Assembly (NCBI GenBank): GCA_009914755.4
Contig: CP068257.2
Location: forward strand, 42,688,001 to 42,752,000
Source of the DNA: the human T2T-CHM13v2.0 reference genome, Homo sapiens
Length of the DNA stretch: 64,000 bases
Reading direction: 5' to 3'
The position numbers and the translations under genes were made by a program. How positions within the stretch are numbered: the stretch's first letter is position 1; every line of letters begins with the position of its first letter. The notes beneath the pieces are model-generated. The model saw only the letters and a list, made by a program, of their open reading frames with translations. It ran no database searches and had not been told where the DNA came from. Below are positions 59,664-64,000 of this stretch, in pieces.

Positions 59664-59962
59664 TTTCTTTGTTTTTTGTTTTTGAGACAAAGTTTTGCTC
59701 TTGTTGCCCAGGCTGGAGTGCAATGGTATAATCTCTGCTTACTGCAACCTCTGCCTCCTGGGTTCAATTGAGTCTCTTGCCTAAGCCTCCCAAGTAGCTG
59801 GGATTACAGGCGCCCACCACCATGCCCAGCTAATTTTTTGTATTAGTAGAGATGGAGTTTCACCATGTTGGCCAGGCTGATCTGGATCTCCTGACCTTAG
59901 GATCCACCCATCTTGGCCTCCCAAAGTGCTGGGATTACAGGCGTGAGCCACCGTGCCAGGCC
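59664..59962 (-). mobile_element. Alu SINE (TSD gggtatg.cttggttt). First copy of a tandemly duplicated Alu+unique unit.
   Basis: Canonical minus-orientation Alu. Confidence 0.9.
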
Positions 59963-60048
59963 GGGTATGGCTTGGTTTTATACATTCACGATCTGCACTT
60001 CTTAAGTCCAGTGCGTTTATTTAAGACGCTCAGTTGGAATATGCTTAG

Positions 60049-60412
<364 letters not shown>

Positions 60413-61207
60413 GGGTATGGCTTGGTTTTATACATTCACAATCTGCGCTTCTTAAGTCCAGTGCGTTTATTTAAGACACTCAGTTGGAATATGCTTAGGA
60501 AGGTCCAAAGCAGAAGCTCAGGCTTATCTGTACCTGTGGTTTAGGAAGAAAAACACATTTCTTTATAATGAAAAACCTTCAGGAAATTTCTAGGATCACT
60601 TGAGGTGTGTTTTGTACAGTATGTGATGTGGGAGATGGTTTTTTTTCTACTTCTGGGGAGCGTTTCCCAGCTACCTGAGTACGTGTTTCCTGGTCCGGGG
60701 AAAAGCCTAGCCATGCAGGGAGGTGGGTCTGGGCAAGGTGCCCTGTGCTTGCTCGTGAGTGAGCCATATTGCCCACCTGACAGATCTTTCCTAGTGGCCT
60801 CTCTGCCAGAGACACTGCAGGAGAGTCCCTCAGGGAGAAGACAGTCACTGACCTATTAACATACTCCACTGTGCTAGAATTTTGCTTCGTTGAAAGCAGC
60901 TTTGATGCCATCAGATAAGACTGGGGAACTTGAAGTGCCTGGCATGAAACAAGAGTCTACACATGTTGGTAAAGGAGTTAGACGGGCGTTTCACTTTCTA
61001 GATGTCTCCAGAACAGTGTTTTAAAAAACTTCAGTGTGCATAAGAATGATCTAGGGTGTTGCTGAAAATGCAGGTTGTAGTTCTCCAGGGACAGTGAGAT
61101 CCTGAGAAGGTCGGGGCTGGGGTCAGGGCCTGCACCTCTGACAGGCTCCGCCAGTGACTCTGAGCCAGGCGGCCCGGCTGGGGCTCTGACAGTTCACTGC
61201 TCACCAG

Positions 61208-61345
61208 GTGCAGGGAGTGAGCCTCCGGTCCCTCTACAAGCGTTCCTCAGGCCATGTGACCTTCACCATGGACCCCATCCGTGACCTTCTCATTTGGGCC
61301 ATTGTCCAGAACCGTCGGGAGCTGGCAGGAATCATCTGGGCTCAG
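61208..61345 (+). CDS. TRPM2: TRPM2 coding exon 12 (138 nt). Encodes VQGVSLRSLYKRSSGHVTFTMDPIRDLLIWAIVQNRRELAGIIWAQ.
   Basis: Acceptor ctgctcaccag|GTGCAGGGA, donor GCTCAG|gtaataaga. Anchored to ORF 61294..62385 (alternative start TTG at 61294). Confidence 0.9.
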
Positions 61346-61439
61346 GTAATAAGACTGGCTTCTCAGTCTCAGCAGACACAGCTATAGGCCAGCGGCCAGC
61401 TGGGGAGTGTGGCTGGAGAGAGTGGCTGGAGAGCCTGAG

Positions 61440-63045
61440 GCCAAGTGCACGTGGAGGCTGTGGAGGGGTGTGGAGGGGTGTGGAGGGCTGTGGAGGATGT
61501 GGAGGGGTGTGGAGGGCTGTGGAGGGATGTGGAGGCTGTGGAGGGGTGTGGAGGGGTGTGGAGGGCTGTGGAGGATGTGGAGGGGTGTGGAGGGCTGTGG
61601 AGGGGTGTGGAGACTGTGGAGGGGTGTGGAGGCTGTGGAGGGGTGTGGAAGCTGTGGAGGGGTGTGGAGGCTGTGGAGGGGTGTGGAGGGGTGTGGAGGG
61701 CTGTGGAGGATGTGGAGGGGTGTGGAGGGCTGTGGAGGGATGTGGAGGCTCTGGAGGGGTGTGGAGGGCTGTGGAGGATGTGGAGGGGTGTGGAGGGGTG
61801 TGGAGGGCTGTGGAGGGATGTGGAGGCTGTGGAGGGGTGTGGAGGGGTGTGGAGGGGTGTGGAGGCTGTGGAGGGATGTGGAGGGGTGTGGAGGGGTGTG
61901 GAGGGGTGTGGAGGATGTGGAGGGGTGTGGAGGGGTGTGGAGGGATGTGGAGGCTGTGGAGGGGTGTGGAGGGCTGTGGAGGGGTGTGGAGACTGTGGAG
62001 GGGTGTGGAGGCTGTGGAGGGGTGTGGAGGGGTGTGGAGGGCTGTGGAGGGATGTGGAGGGCTGTGGAGGCTGTGGAGGGGTGTGGAGGATGTGGAGGGG
62101 TGTGGAGGGCTGTGGAGGGCTGTGGAGGCTGTGGAGGGGTGTGGAGGATGTGGAGGGGTGTGGAGGGCTGTGGAGGGATGTGGAGGCTGTGGAGGGGTGT
62201 GGAGGGGTGTGGAGGGCTGTGGAGGGATGTGGAGGCTGTGGAGGGGTGTGGAGGGGTGTGGAGGGGTGTGGAGGCTGTGGAGGGATGTGGAGACTGTGGA
62301 AGGGTGTGGAGGCTGTGGAGGGGTGTGGAGGCTGTGGAGGGGTGTGGAGGCTGTGAAGGGGTGTGGAGGCTGTGGAGGGGTGTAGAGGGGTGTAGAGGGT
62401 TGTGGAGGCTGTGGAGGGGTGTGGAGGGCTGTGGAGGGGTGTGGAGGGGTGTGGAGGCTGTGGAGGGGTGTGGAGGGTTGTGGAGGGGTGTGGAGGGGTG
62501 TGGAGGCTGTGGAGGGGTGTGGAGGGATGTGGAGGGATGTGGAGGGCTGTGGAGGGGTGTGGAGGGGTGTGGAGGCTGTGGAGGGGTGTGGAGGGATGTG
62601 GAGGGGTGTGGAGGGGTGTGGAGGCTGTGGAGGGGTGTGGAGGCTGTGAAGGGGTGTGGAGGCTGTGGAGGGGTGTAGAGGGGTGTAGAGGGTTGTGGAG
62701 GCTGTGGAGGGGTGTGGAGGGCTGTGGAGGGGTGTGGAGGGGTGTGGAGGCTGTGGAGGGGTGTGGAGGGTTGTGGAGGGGTGTGGAGGGGTGTGGAGGC
62801 TGTGGAGGGGTGTGGAGGGATGTGGAGGGATGTGGAGGGCTGTGGAGGGGTGTGGAGGGGTGTGGAGGCTGTGGAGGGGTGTGGAGGGATGTGGAGGGGT
62901 GTGGAGGGGTGTGGAGGCTGTGGAGGGGTGTGGAGGGATGTGGAGGGGTGTGGAGGGCTGTGGAGGGGTGTGGAGGGCTGTGGAGGGGTGTGGAGGGGTG
63001 TGGAGGGGTGTGGGGGGTTGTGGAGGGCTGTGGAGGCTGTGGAGG
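61440..63045. repeat. 1.6-kb G-rich minisatellite of (GGGGTGTGGAGG)/(GGCTGTGGAGG)n, period 11-12 bp with longer 35-45-bp higher-order units. It starts 95 bp downstream of the TRPM2 exon 12 donor.
   Basis: Direct reading. It is stop-free in multiple frames on both strands, giving ORFs of 622, 618, 423, 363 and 303 aa. Confidence 0.95.
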
Positions 63046-63116
63046 GTTGTGGGCGTCTCCAACACTGGGAAGGACTTGGGGCACCTGGAGTTGGAGAACA
63101 AAGAACTTAGCTCTAG

Positions 63117-63422
<306 letters not shown>

Positions 63423-63832
63423 CAGGAAAGGAATTTTTAAATTAAAAGTTCTGCTAAAAAAAACTGGTTCTGTGGTTATGTCCAGGGCCGAGTCTCACTG
63501 GGCACGCACAGGCCGGGTGGTGCCGCCCTCTGCAGCTCACACGGGTTCCGATGGGGGCTGGTGCATGTGCTGGGCCCGTGCTGTCCGTCAGGCTTTGCAG
63601 GGCAAGCAGACCCCTCCCACAGGCCACGCAGGAGCCTGGGCCATCATCAGAGGTTGTGTATTGACTGGGGTGGGGCTTAAGTTGTCTGTATAGATGTGGT
63701 CACACACAGTGATTGCCCAGTGGCCCGCACTGTCCCCGGGCCTCGTTTTCATCACCTGGGGCAGTGTGTTGGGTTCCTCAGGCTGGGTTGAGCCTGGCTC
63801 TTTAGTCTCACGGTGGCTCCTCTGGTCCCCAG

Positions 63833-63962
63833 AGCCAGGACTGCATCGCAGCGGCCTTGGCCTGCAGCAAGATCCTGAAGGAACTGTCCAAGGAGGAGGA
63901 GGACACGGACAGCTCGGAGGAGATGCTGGCGCTGGCGGAGGAGTATGAGCACAGAGCCATCG
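63833..63962 (+). CDS. TRPM2: TRPM2 coding exon 13 (130 nt). Encodes SQDCIAAALACSKILKELSKEEEDTDSSEEMLALAEEYEHRAI(G). The gene continues past the window end.
   Basis: Acceptor tctggtccccag|AGCCAGGAC, donor GCCATCG|gtgagctct. Frame anchored to the TGA at 63946-63948 of ORF 63694..63948. Confidence 0.9.
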
Positions 63963-64000
63963 GTGAGCTCTGCCGGGCACGGGCTGCAGGCCATGGCTCA

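Overview
This window is human (primate) genomic DNA, not a prokaryotic accessory region. It contains about 35 Alu SINEs, a roughly 6-kb L1, two HERV-H LTR7 solo LTRs, MaLR (THE1/MST) fragments, many GC-rich minisatellites and two CpG islands. The translated exons identify the chr21q22.3 CFAP410 (C21orf2)-TRPM2 locus.

CFAP410 lies on the minus strand. Its first three coding exons are in the window, including a 19-nt microexon, and the gene continues past position 1. Its promoter CpG island is at about 4.7-5.6 kb.

TRPM2 lies on the plus strand. A second CpG island at about 15.9-17.3 kb holds a candidate non-coding exon 1 (donor at about 16362). Thirteen coding exons follow, from the ATG exon at 19787 to an exon ending at 63962. 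They encode residues about 1-687, the N-terminal TRPM homology region. All have canonical AG/GT boundaries and consistent phases.

Exon coordinates were anchored to the supplied ORF track and should be accurate to about ±1-2 nt. I found no novel gene system. The long ORFs (up to 622 aa) are artefacts of stop-free GC-rich tandem repeats.

The points most worth a second look are structural:
- A tandem duplication of the 5' splice site of the CFAP410 microexon.
- A 34-bp triplicated unit that creates three tandem copies of the TRPM2 62-nt exon acceptor.
- G-rich minisatellites abutting the TRPM2 exon donors at 35515, 41821 and 61345, including a 1.6-kb (GGGGTGTGGAGG)n array.
- Two inverted LTR7 solo LTRs, each inserted into an Alu.
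- A perfect 40-bp Alu foldback palindrome.
- A DNA-transposon relic with about 75-bp terminal inverted repeats.
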